DNA of 64,000 bases from Bacteroidota bacterium. GTDB lineage: Bacteria > Bacteroidota > Bacteroidia > Flavobacteriales_F > PHOS-HE28. Each line of letters starts with the position of its first letter. Position 1 is the stretch's first letter. The position numbers and the translations under genes were made by a program. Below are positions 39,101 through 45,571 of the stretch, in pieces. The notes under the pieces are model-generated. The model was not told the DNA's origin. It did no database searches and saw only the letters and a list, made by a program, of their open reading frames with translations. The stretch lies in the NCBI GenBank assembly GCA_014584605.1, contig JACTMO010000053.1, positions 25,792-89,791 of the forward strand, in the 5' to 3' direction.

Positions 39101-39442
39101 TTGGGCGTGGAGGGCCACGCCAGTTGCGCGGTGGAAGGCCGCAATTGGGTGGACCTCAGCGGAAGCATCGGCTTCGGGGGCATGGCCTACGCCGATGCGG
39201 GCCTCAACTTCTGGCTGCTGAGCCCGATCCCCAACTGCGGCAGCCTGGACATCTCGACCAGTGCCTCGGCGCTGTTCGAGGCCTCCCTCCAGAACGGCAG
39301 CTTCGCGCTGGATGCCTGCGGCTCCACCGGCGCCAGCGCCTCCATCTGCGGCGTGGGCGACAGCTACACCTTCACCGTGAAGGCCGGTGTGGGAAGCGGC
39401 GGTTTCACCTTGCAACGGATCGATGGGTCCTGCGGACAATGA
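33200..39442 (+). CDS. Giant (2080-aa) secreted multi-domain protein with repeated carboxypeptidase-regulatory-like / transthyretin-like beta-sandwich domains
   Basis: Signal peptide (MRHRIPSLIATALVTAAAIAQAQ). At least four CarboxypepD_reg-like modules, e.g. VMGRVMVSATEPLPNAKVTLKL, LRVKLISPLGPVAGAVVRVDD...SGSDGIAYFEF, LIGHVVSIPGNVPVPGARVWVETG...TTSDAEGNFTLSGVPMGPITV. Gly/Pro-rich linkers. Beta-rich C-terminal ~700 aa. Confidence 0.7.
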   Translation: MRHRIPSLIATALVTAAAIAQAQVSVMPVITPPYSTHLSDYQGALIVNLTNTTNEQVALKLIGTLTGDNGCSGHTRSTYAPPAPVVLGPLETRVLQANSQALDFIDRNNFEVNAPQQVQNAVIQTGILPEGNYELCVQAVDYQTGEPLSAEAPAGCLFFLITYAQPPVLTFPWCDGTVGDPWPVFTWSPPVGAINMANVRYDLYVLEVLPGQNPANAMMLAMDGVAGNPMVRTDLMVPSYPWQPYDPPLKENTLYAVGVVARDVTESVLFENRGRSEVCTFTIQPPTPTTGTGAPVTDQGISTVVPAITLPIGPLPDTHVKGRLLYRFKESTRPGCDPAGPLSIAHMDGVVLSPVNATGLVGLSPSGGTAPSGGTNAAITGPLINTLGAGPASGTFTIGGFMDAFNQSGGSIGYSMGESMNAPAGLELASLFPEEKWKDPFPVSTTGAKPLKNIPIKLVERVVLTGVTVYQGKGQQTQYDRLILGVDSLPFIGGALTGQQGEAVEWHYGKVVATGTTDGNGHFDLFYHQPSYTGIFLGSSSAGINSLIIDPISQEPIMMGAIDAYNSSKVLMIEVASPYYCSPDLEIYAQPGDVVDLPEQACYVRSYDLKVSVRQGDCAMQMGGTGSPMGNVQVSVMRPADHASEEIPDDEGQHLDQSMPMPGLGDVPLIARCATKSGDGSALFHNMVVHSNAAPDDYLLDCRTSTERGLYHYLSWNKAWPNWYGQPPVVLHGARSPLNSQLGDIPVYEVPVDLVPLQPRVMGRVMVSATEPLPNAKVTLKLAYDEAPGNVSPVIVGCDQNTGAADFTYLEYTRLTDPNGFFDFTGILVKGSEDGMFFLGPHASIIVSKPGYWPAVRPLAGEPPGVPPGQVNNSNPASPKVDLKMGLQWDMTSGILMKPVGWVKGLIQDEEGEPVRCDVQVGDGPWGRSELMIEVVGSASSGQSQSGGNTSTPQIQMGDPIIPWFFQVPGAGGGGQTVQQGAPLGQAQVLPPAPPVQIGSIMTYKATEQFMVHGPSGMQQVKLVPLSDQYFPLTVTRNVPFPVGDQPVDLGAFTVKEKRHRLRVKLISPLGPVAGAVVRVDDRQQVSGSDGIAYFEFLSAASEFRLRVQPSGSLIPVDRIIVNEVSPEPVTLEQYVESGTQLIGHVVSIPGNVPVPGARVWVETGSDQYGPQINQTTSDAEGNFTLSGVPMGPITVNAAKSDPQDSYIGTSQQVTYMMVPGLPPDFGMVPKMPEVTLEMQRVDDLDLTTLLGFPVEVTARTKNNDGSSTISGAFVNLPANPNFRLYDPAQRILFSAIIVDPGPPGPGGKPRAVPRDGKVVTDMAQVPLGLYTDLRASLKGLPFSFFPGRVEVHGTPGGGEVRGTVSSELSSFNFSYDFTGRFYLGDGAEQPLITAFRNGAPLPQRTYNLMTLAYGGGMFGTWQPSDAQFSLRGFPARSDRTRSVVEPDVFRIATVIQVKDVPDITPAVLDLDVGEIRVNATTIEGIQGGGSTLNFKLNDWSFSATSPWTFNNELAAIVIPSGVLDMKLAKADMSQVMIRPNALEMAAKNLGEVRLGGVAPLQPAPGTAWTFGYDPGYIFQGKAGAWRFGALTAGSASVATIQGPPQLVPAQVELSSFSLFSRGMPLAEVRARSYRYQDIVDLVPVGAMQFTPDGVDLLANCSLAIHGLPQTTGFFSFYKENGQPTSRLKPLGGTITTGRGNVYFKLDDRMASQEITPGRFTCYGRFRIDPGNGETGDPVYAYGFLDHKASNTFIDLIRVDAQNYKGSTRQAIAFGSDKKMLLNSGRQTMGSSQWDELSFKGNLVNMEGIADAPANELSFTVKGAVSLQDGKIGMDQLATPFGNMAMSYDFEHARLVGSLDLHNNNFGAVNIVDAQLGLLVDKGGFLVSCYDAHVIVPPVPWPLQDHHPAFLIGAHNSIPDTLLGNMMANFRLKSLPAHMAGKKIQGLYLQDKLSLVDLSVPSVDLLLLGVEGHASCAVEGRNWVDLSGSIGFGGMAYADAGLNFWLLSPIPNCGSLDISTSASALFEASLQNGSFALDACGSTGASASICGVGDSYTFTVKAGVGSGGFTLQRIDGSCGQ

Positions 39443-41001
39443 ACGGCACTGCGATGAAACCGATCCTCTTCACCCTCCTGCTGTTGGTCGCTGCTCCCGC
39501 ATTGGGCCAGCAAGCCGCCACACCGAAACCCGCACGTGGGGCCTGTGCGCTGGCCCCGATGCATGCACAGGGCAACGGCCCCCGGATCCAGGTGACCTGG
39601 GCCGCGCCCGCCTGCACCATCGCCAAGGTGCGCATCTACCGCCGCCGCCAGCACGTGGGCAGCGAGGCGGTGATCCATCCCGTGGTCCTTATCGGACACC
39701 GCCACGACAGCACCGTCGTGCAGTGCTGGGACAGCACCTTCACCGCATTGGGCATCTACGAGTACCGCGCCGTGCCGGTGGATTCCACAGGCCGCGAAGG
39801 CACGAGCTCGGCCTGGATCTCCGCCAACAACCTGGACGATGAGGTGCGGCCCTGGATCAGTTCCGCGAGGGCCGAGGACCTGCCCGGGCAACGCGCCATC
39901 CGCTTGCGTTGGAAGGTGATGAACGGGGTGCGCGTGCGCGGCATCGTACTGCACCGCGCCGACCGGTTCGACGGGCCGTACACGCCCATCGCCGACCTGC
40001 CGCCCACCGACAGCAGCTACACCGACCACGTGCAGCGCGTGAAGGAGACCTACTTCTACCGCATCGAGCTGGTGGACGTGGTGGGGCGCTCCACCGTGGG
40101 CATGCCCGTGCAGGGCCTGAGCAACGACGAGCCCAAGGTGATGCCACCCGCCGCGGTGACGGCGGAGGCCACGCCGCACGGCATCGTGCTCCGCTGGCAG
40201 GCCGGAGGTCCCGATGTGTCGTTCTACCAGGTGGAGCGCGGCGCGCCGAAGGACACCGCCTTCGCGTTGGCCGCCACCGGCATCCGCGCCCCGGCGCAAG
40301 GCCCCGTGCAATGGACCGACAGCCTGGCCACCGACAACGCCCTGCGGCGGTACCGCGTGCGGGCCGTGAGCATCGGCGGGCCGGTGAGCGCGCCCTCCGT
40401 GGTGGCGATGGCGCAGGCCTTCGATGGCCGGGTACCGAGCACGCCCACCGATGTGGCCGTGCGTGACGTGGATGGCGTGGCGTTGGTGAGCTGGCGCGAT
40501 CCCTGGGCCGGAGATGAAGGCCTCTTCGAGGCCGATGTGGAGCGCGCCGGTGCGGGTGATACGGTCTTCCGCGTCGTGAGTGCCGCACCGCTCCCGGCGG
40601 GCACCACCGTGTTCCGGGACAGCAGCATCGTGGCGGGCCGCGCCTACCGTTACCGCGTGGTGGGCCGCTCGATCAATGGCCTGCGCGGCAAGCCCTCCAT
40701 GCCTGCGGAATGGCATGCCCCCCAAGGAGGGATTGCTGGCCCACGCCTGTTGACCGCAAAGCGCACGGCCGAGGGCATCGCCTTGGAATGGGCCGCCCGC
40801 GCCTGGGAGGGCAAGGAGCTCCGCCTGTACCGCTCGGTGAACGGCGCCGCGCCAACCTTGTTGAAGACCTTGCCACTTGATGCCGCCAGCTACACCGATC
40901 GCCAAGCGGTGAAGGGCGCGTTCAACCAGTACGTGTTGCGGCTGTTGCGCGCCGACGGCACCGAGAGCGGGCCGAGCGAAGCGGTGGGCTTGCGCTGGTG
41001 A
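39439..41001 (+). CDS. Secreted protein with ~5 tandem fibronectin type III-like domains
   Basis: Signal peptide (MNGTAMKPILFTLLLLVAAPALGQQ). Repeated FN3 signatures (YEYRAVPVDSTGREGTSS, YFYRIELVDVVGRST, RYRVRAVSIGGPVSAPS, YRYRVVGRSINGLRGKPS, NQYVLRLLRADGTESGPS). ATGA overlap with the stop of the giant gene. Confidence 0.7.
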   Translation: MNGTAMKPILFTLLLLVAAPALGQQAATPKPARGACALAPMHAQGNGPRIQVTWAAPACTIAKVRIYRRRQHVGSEAVIHPVVLIGHRHDSTVVQCWDSTFTALGIYEYRAVPVDSTGREGTSSAWISANNLDDEVRPWISSARAEDLPGQRAIRLRWKVMNGVRVRGIVLHRADRFDGPYTPIADLPPTDSSYTDHVQRVKETYFYRIELVDVVGRSTVGMPVQGLSNDEPKVMPPAAVTAEATPHGIVLRWQAGGPDVSFYQVERGAPKDTAFALAATGIRAPAQGPVQWTDSLATDNALRRYRVRAVSIGGPVSAPSVVAMAQAFDGRVPSTPTDVAVRDVDGVALVSWRDPWAGDEGLFEADVERAGAGDTVFRVVSAAPLPAGTTVFRDSSIVAGRAYRYRVVGRSINGLRGKPSMPAEWHAPQGGIAGPRLLTAKRTAEGIALEWAARAWEGKELRLYRSVNGAAPTLLKTLPLDAASYTDRQAVKGAFNQYVLRLLRADGTESGPSEAVGLRW

Positions 41002-41134
41002 GGTATCACGCCAGTGCTGACGCCGGCGCGTTCACGGCGTTCATCGCGTTCTACGCCCGGATGCCTTGGAAGGGATCCACAGCGAGCTTCTTGCGGGTCC
41101 CTTCGCCCGGCCCCTTCTCGTATTTTCGTCCCAA

Positions 41135-41734
41135 ATGATCGTTGCGGGAACGGATCGATCGGCCATCGTGATCATGATGGTGCTGTGCTGTCCCGCGTGC
41201 ACAAAGGACCCGACCCTGGATCCACCGGCCGACGCTTCGGAAGAGGCACTCTCCAACATCCTCCATCTCGACCCCGAACCCGACCCGTTCACTACGGCGC
41301 CCTGGTGGGGCCCGGTGGTCGTTGACATCGATCTCGATTCGGTCGCGGACCTTGAGCTTCGCGTATTGTACGAGGATGACACGACCACGCCCTGGCCTGA
41401 TGCGCTCTGGGGAACCCAGGTGGTCAGCATGCACGATAGTGTAGAGGTCTCGGTCGGCTCGCTCGATGGGTCGTGGTCGCTCCTTTCCCCGGGCGACCCC
41501 ATAGACGGTGACCTGTACTGGATGCGAACATTGGGGCTCCACAGCCAGATCCCTGGATACTCCGAAATGTGGTCGGGCGTATCCAGCGGGTATATCGGAG
41601 TGCGCAAGCGAAATGGTGATGTGAACTATGCTTGGGTACAGGTGCATTCAGGCGTTGACGACATCGCTTACCAGCAAAGCGGGTTCGAACGCACGTTGAA
41701 CCTTCCGATCCATGCCGCAGATACGGGGGAATAG
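41135..41734 (+). CDS. Hypothetical acidic lipoprotein (low-GC island)
   Basis: ~199 aa. Possible lipoprotein signal (MIVAGTDRSAIVIMMVLCC). Asp-rich composition. Local GC (~58%) is below the window average. Antisense ORFs on the other strand look non-coding. Confidence 0.35.
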   Translation: MIVAGTDRSAIVIMMVLCCPACTKDPTLDPPADASEEALSNILHLDPEPDPFTTAPWWGPVVVDIDLDSVADLELRVLYEDDTTTPWPDALWGTQVVSMHDSVEVSVGSLDGSWSLLSPGDPIDGDLYWMRTLGLHSQIPGYSEMWSGVSSGYIGVRKRNGDVNYAWVQVHSGVDDIAYQQSGFERTLNLPIHAADTGE

Positions 41735-41892
41735 GTCGCGCCATCGGCAATGACGGATCCTGATCCGCCAGAAGCGCGCTACCCGATCCCTTTTCCGGGG
41801 ACCGTCCTTGGCCGCTCCGGCACCTGCCGCCGCATGCGCGGCTTCCTGTTCCCCGCTTCGCGGTGAGACCTCCCATCCTGCTGGAAAGCAAG

Positions 41893-41918
41893 CAGGGCCG
41901 CCGGGAACGGCGGCCCTG
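41893..41918 (-). terminator. Putative intrinsic terminator hairpin downstream of the OMP gene
   Basis: Perfect 11-bp stem CAGGGCCGCCG-GGAA-CGGCGGCCCTG, 48 bp downstream of the 41966..42958 gene. On the minus strand it is followed by a short T-containing tract (TGCTTGCTTTCC). Confidence 0.3.
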
Positions 41919-41965
41919 CACGGGCGGTCGCGGACGTATCCCCTCGTCGCGGTGCCCGCGTTCCT

Positions 41966-42958
41966 TCAGAAGCTCACCAGGGTGAGTCCCGCGTTCACCG
42001 GTACCAGTTCGGGCCCGCGGTCCTTGCGGAAGAGCGGCGTGAGGGCGTATTCGGCGAAGAGGTTGAGGCCCGCCCAGCCCACCTGGACCCTGGCGGCCAG
42101 GCGGTGGTCCAGCAGCTGGAAGGAACCCTTGCTGCGCTCCTTCTCCACCGCGCCGTCCTGGCGGTACTTCACCTTGTACATGGTATCGAAGTACCAGCTG
42201 CCCACCAGGCCGAAGGCCAGATGGAAGTTGTTCTTGCGGGAGAAGCCGTGGTCCTTCCAGCTCCCGCTGCGCAGCGCCTCCTCGGTGGGCAGGGGCGAGC
42301 GCCTGGTGTTGAACTCCAGCATCAGGGGCACGCGCAATCCGATCTGGCGCAGTTTGTTCTTCCGCAGGTCCGGGTCCACCACCACCTGCCCGAACACCGA
42401 GTCGGCATCGTACGCCAGGCGCACGTTGTTGCTGAGCCGGTAGTTCACGAACTCCAGGCCCACGCCGGTGAACAGGCCCGCGTGGTGGCTCCCGAACTCC
42501 ACCTTGTACGCGGCGGCATTGATGGCGAAGAACCGCGAATTGGCGTCCTCCAGCTGCAGGAAGCGGGCCTTGTCCGGCAGGTCGAAACCGCCGTCGGGGT
42601 TCATGTAGTTATTGAGGCCGATCTCCACCCCGGTCCAGTAGGTGAAGGCGTTGCGGCGCGAGCGCCGCAGTTCGCGCAGCCGTTTGGCGGCCGCCACGCC
42701 CGTGGTGTCCAGCACCTTGTTCGCCGAGAGGATGGTGATGATCTTGCGCCTGGTCTGGAAGGTGATGGTGTCGGGCCGGTCCTCGCTGGCTGTGTCGTCC
42801 TTGCCCTTCACCCCGGCGTACGGCCCCCGCTCGCTGTCCACCCCGATCTCCAGGCGGTTGCGGTGGGTGCCGGTGCTGTCGTCCTGTGCCCGCAGTGCCG
42901 ACCGGTGCAGCAGGAGGGAGGCCACCGCGAGGGTGGCGAAGGCTGTCGCGTTGCGCAT
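41966..42958 (-). CDS. Outer-membrane beta-barrel protein (OmpA-like barrel / porin-type family)
   Basis: 330 aa. Signal peptide (MRNATAFATLAVASLLLHRSALRAQ). Amphipathic beta-strands. C-terminal …AGLTLVSF. Confidence 0.65.
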   Translation of the reverse strand: MRNATAFATLAVASLLLHRSALRAQDDSTGTHRNRLEIGVDSERGPYAGVKGKDDTASEDRPDTITFQTRRKIITILSANKVLDTTGVAAAKRLRELRRSRRNAFTYWTGVEIGLNNYMNPDGGFDLPDKARFLQLEDANSRFFAINAAAYKVEFGSHHAGLFTGVGLEFVNYRLSNNVRLAYDADSVFGQVVVDPDLRKNKLRQIGLRVPLMLEFNTRRSPLPTEEALRSGSWKDHGFSRKNNFHLAFGLVGSWYFDTMYKVKYRQDGAVEKERSKGSFQLLDHRLAARVQVGWAGLNLFAEYALTPLFRKDRGPELVPVNAGLTLVSF

Positions 42959-43115
42959 GATCTTGCTGTGCGGCGGCGGCCTGGTGGCCGCCTGCAGACA
43001 TAGGACGGGTCACCGGGCCCGTTGTTACAGCGCCGCAAGGAATAGGGTGTGGAAAGGGCGAAGGGGCCGCCCCTTTCAAGACGACCCCTTCGCTGCGGGC
43101 GTACAAAGCGCGGCG

Positions 43116-43490
43116 TCAGACCTTCTCGGGACGGAAGACGAAGCGGACCCGGGTGGTGCGCCAGATGCCGTCCAGGTTATCGCCCACATCCACCTTGGCC
43201 AGCTTTTCCAGCACGTACTGGCGCAGGGCCTCGTTGGTGGACCAGGAGTCCAGGACCACGATCCGGCCCTCGCTGTTGACCACGAAGCTGGCGGTGACCT
43301 CGCCGGTCATGTCGTGCGTGCGCTCCAGGACGGGGAACACCATGTGGCGGTTCAGCTGGCGCTCCAGGGCGCGCTCCAGGGTGGTGGTGTTGTCATGCGC
43401 GGTGCGCAGGGGTTCGGCGGCGCGGGTGTACCCGTAGGTGAACACGGTGGCGAGCAGCAGGAGGCTCTTCTTGAGGGTGGCGGCGTTCAT
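43116..43490 (-). CDS. TonB C-terminal-domain-like (energy transducer TonB family) small secreted protein
   Basis: ~124 aa from internal M97. Signal peptide (MNAATLKKSLLLLATVF). TonB_C-like fold signature (VFPVLE...GEVTASFVVNSEGRIVVL...RFVFRP). Confidence 0.55.
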   Translation of the reverse strand: MNAATLKKSLLLLATVFTYGYTRAAEPLRTAHDNTTTLERALERQLNRHMVFPVLERTHDMTGEVTASFVVNSEGRIVVLDSWSTNEALRQYVLEKLAKVDVGDNLDGIWRTTRVRFVFRPEKV

Positions 43491-43608
43491 GGCGGTGGTG
43501 TTTGTCTGTGCCCATGGGACGGGCCCCGGCCGTCCGCTGTTACAGTTTGACGGGCATCCTGTGATGAGCGGAAGCGGTGCCGGGATGAGCGGCGTGGACC
43601 CGGGCCGA

Positions 43609-44937
43609 TCAATGACCCCGGTTGGCCGATACGGCGAGGCCGGCGCCCAGGCGCAGGTCGAAGCGGGTGATGCGCCTGCCCCGGCGCTGTACCGCAAGGC
43701 CGGCCGCCTCCCCGCCGATCCGCCGGAGGCCCTTGTCCACCACGGCCAGGGCATCGCCCTCATCCAAGGGGCGGGCATCGGCCCCGGGCTGGTCGAGCAC
43801 CTTGTTCCGCAGGCGCTGGGCGATCAGCCCGCCCAGGGTGGGCGGCGCGGCCGCGGTGGCAACGGCCAGGAACTCGTCGGGCGTGGGCACCGAGGCTGCA
43901 AGCGGCGCCGGGTCCACGGGGATGGGGTTCTGTGCCCTGGTTCCGATGGGGTGGTGCCGCAGAGGCTCCATGTGTGCCAGCAGGGTGCGCTCCCGTGCGT
44001 CCTCCGTGGTTCCGGCGGGATCGCGCAACGTTCGCTCGTTCGTTCGATGGTCCCCGTGCGTTGTTGCGGACCGTTGGGGCGGGTCCTGCGGACCGCCGGG
44101 GAGCGCTGCGGGACGCTGGGCCGATCCACCGGTCGGGGCTGGAGCTCGCTGTTCCGGCCGTTGCGGGGCGGCGGGTGCTTCCCGGAGCTCCGCCAGGCCT
44201 GCGCGGTCGGGGTCAGGACGGTCCAGGAGCGCCCACAGGCCGAGGCCCAGCAAGAGGGCTGCGGCTGCGGCGTAGCGGTAAAAGGCCGGGCGGTGGAAGA
44301 GCGGAAGCACCCGGCCCCGGCCCCGGTACAGCGCGTCCCTTGCCGGGAAGCGCACGGCCTCGGGGCGCAGGCGTGTGGCGGCCACGAGCCTGCGTTCGCG
44401 TTCCGCTTCAGGGTGTGCGGCAAGGAAGGCCTGGAGGGCGGCGCGGCCCCCGGCATCGAGCGTTCCTTCCAGTTCGGCGATCAGGAAGTCGGTGAGCCGG
44501 TGGCGGTCCACGGCGCCGGTGGGTGGGAAGGTGCGCCGCAGGGTCTCGCGGGTCGGCATGGGTTCCGGCGGCGGCGTCAGGCGGGCCAGCGCCATCAGGC
44601 GGGCATCGTTCCGGGCTTCGGGGTGCTGGTCCAGGTATTCGGCGAGCGCGCGCTGCTGTTGCGGGTCCAGGTCGCCCTCGCCAAGGGCCACCAGGAAGTC
44701 CGGCAGGGTGGTCGGGGTGGGCAGGCCCTGCGGGGGCAGGGTCCGCTTCAGGGAGGCCTTGTCGTCAAAGCCCGGGTCTTCGGCACGGAGCATCGGCGGG
44801 TCGCCGTGCGGGACCTCGGCCGCCAGGTCGGGGTTGGCGCGCAGGAAATCGTCGAGCTCCCGCAGTTGTGCGGGGCTGAGCGTGCCTTCCATGCGGTCCA
44901 GCAGCCAGGCTTCGTAGGTGGTGCGGTCCAGTTTCAC
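43609..44937 (-). CDS. Putative membrane-anchored anti-sigma factor with triplicated N-terminal helical motif and Pro/Ala-rich extracytoplasmic region
   Basis: 442 aa. Three tandem ~40-aa repeats (…EGTLSPAQLRELDDFLRANPDLAAE / EGDLDPQQQRALAEYLDQHPEARND / EGTLDAGGRAALQAFLAAHPEAERE). Single TM helix (FYRYAAAAALLLGLGLWALL). Start overlaps the sigma-factor stop (ATGA). Confidence 0.6.
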   Translation of the reverse strand: MKLDRTTYEAWLLDRMEGTLSPAQLRELDDFLRANPDLAAEVPHGDPPMLRAEDPGFDDKASLKRTLPPQGLPTPTTLPDFLVALGEGDLDPQQQRALAEYLDQHPEARNDARLMALARLTPPPEPMPTRETLRRTFPPTGAVDRHRLTDFLIAELEGTLDAGGRAALQAFLAAHPEAERERRLVAATRLRPEAVRFPARDALYRGRGRVLPLFHRPAFYRYAAAAALLLGLGLWALLDRPDPDRAGLAELREAPAAPQRPEQRAPAPTGGSAQRPAALPGGPQDPPQRSATTHGDHRTNERTLRDPAGTTEDARERTLLAHMEPLRHHPIGTRAQNPIPVDPAPLAASVPTPDEFLAVATAAAPPTLGGLIAQRLRNKVLDQPGADARPLDEGDALAVVDKGLRRIGGEAAGLAVQRRGRRITRFDLRLGAGLAVSANRGH

Positions 44938-45462
44938 AGCACGAGCTCCAGTTGTCCGATGTGATCCTTCAGTGCGGTGCGCCCCCGGTAAATGTAGACC
45001 TTGACCTGTGCGAGGTTCAGCCCGGTGAGCTGGGCGATCTCCTCATAGCTGTAGCCTTCCAGGTCGCGCAGGAGCACCACGCTGCGTTGGACCTGGGGAA
45101 GCCGGGCAAGCCCGGTCTCCAGCACCTTCTGCAGGTCGGGTTCCGACTGGACGCTCCAGCGCAGGTCCTCGTGGTGTTCCTCGAGGCGCGTGCTGCGCCC
45201 CCCCTTTGCGCGCCTCGTCCACCAGCAGATGGTGCGCGGTGGTGAACAGGTAGCTCTTGCTCTTGGCGGCCTCCACCTCGTCCACCCTGGCCCACAGCCG
45301 GGCGAAGCTCTCCTGCACGACATCCTTGGCCACGTCCGCATCGCGCAGATGTTTCAAGGCGAAGCGAAAGAGCCCGTCGGCATGGGCATCCACGGCGCTG
45401 TTGTATTCGTCGGCGGTCACGAAGGTGGTGGTCGTCGCTGCTGATGGGACGTTCGGGTGCAA
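44934..45462 (-). pseudogene. ECF (sigma-70 family) RNA polymerase sigma factor, interrupted by a +1 frameshift in a G7 homopolymer
   Basis: N-terminal sigma region 2 lies in the 45043..45462 frame (…FRFALKHLRDADVAKDVVQESFARLWARV…HLLVDEARKGG). C-terminal region 4 lies in the 44934..45341 frame (…RSTRLEE…VVLLRDLEGYSYEEIAQLTGLNLAQVKVYIYRGRTAL). The frames join perfectly if the G7 run (C7 on the plus strand, 45198-45204) is shortened to G6. Confidence 0.7.
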
Positions 45463-45571
45463 GGAAAGTTACAGGCTCCGGTGGGTGCGCGGGATGCCCG
45501 GCACCCGCCCAAGCTTGTTGACCGCCCCTGCCCGGATCCAGTAAATTGCCCACCCTCAGACCCCGCACCCC

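Noticed and set aside
34817-39439. 1540-aa ORF on the minus strand (plus similar long ORFs at 5271..7349, 8899..10470, 19642..21957, 22061..23842, 26841..28727, 42104..43003 and 60145..61992)
   Set aside because: These are antisense to strongly supported genes (giant protein, rnr, the kinase, mnmG, ade, pccB and others). The translations are Ala/Arg/Gly/Pro-rich with no domain signatures. Long antisense stop-free frames are expected at ~67% GC.
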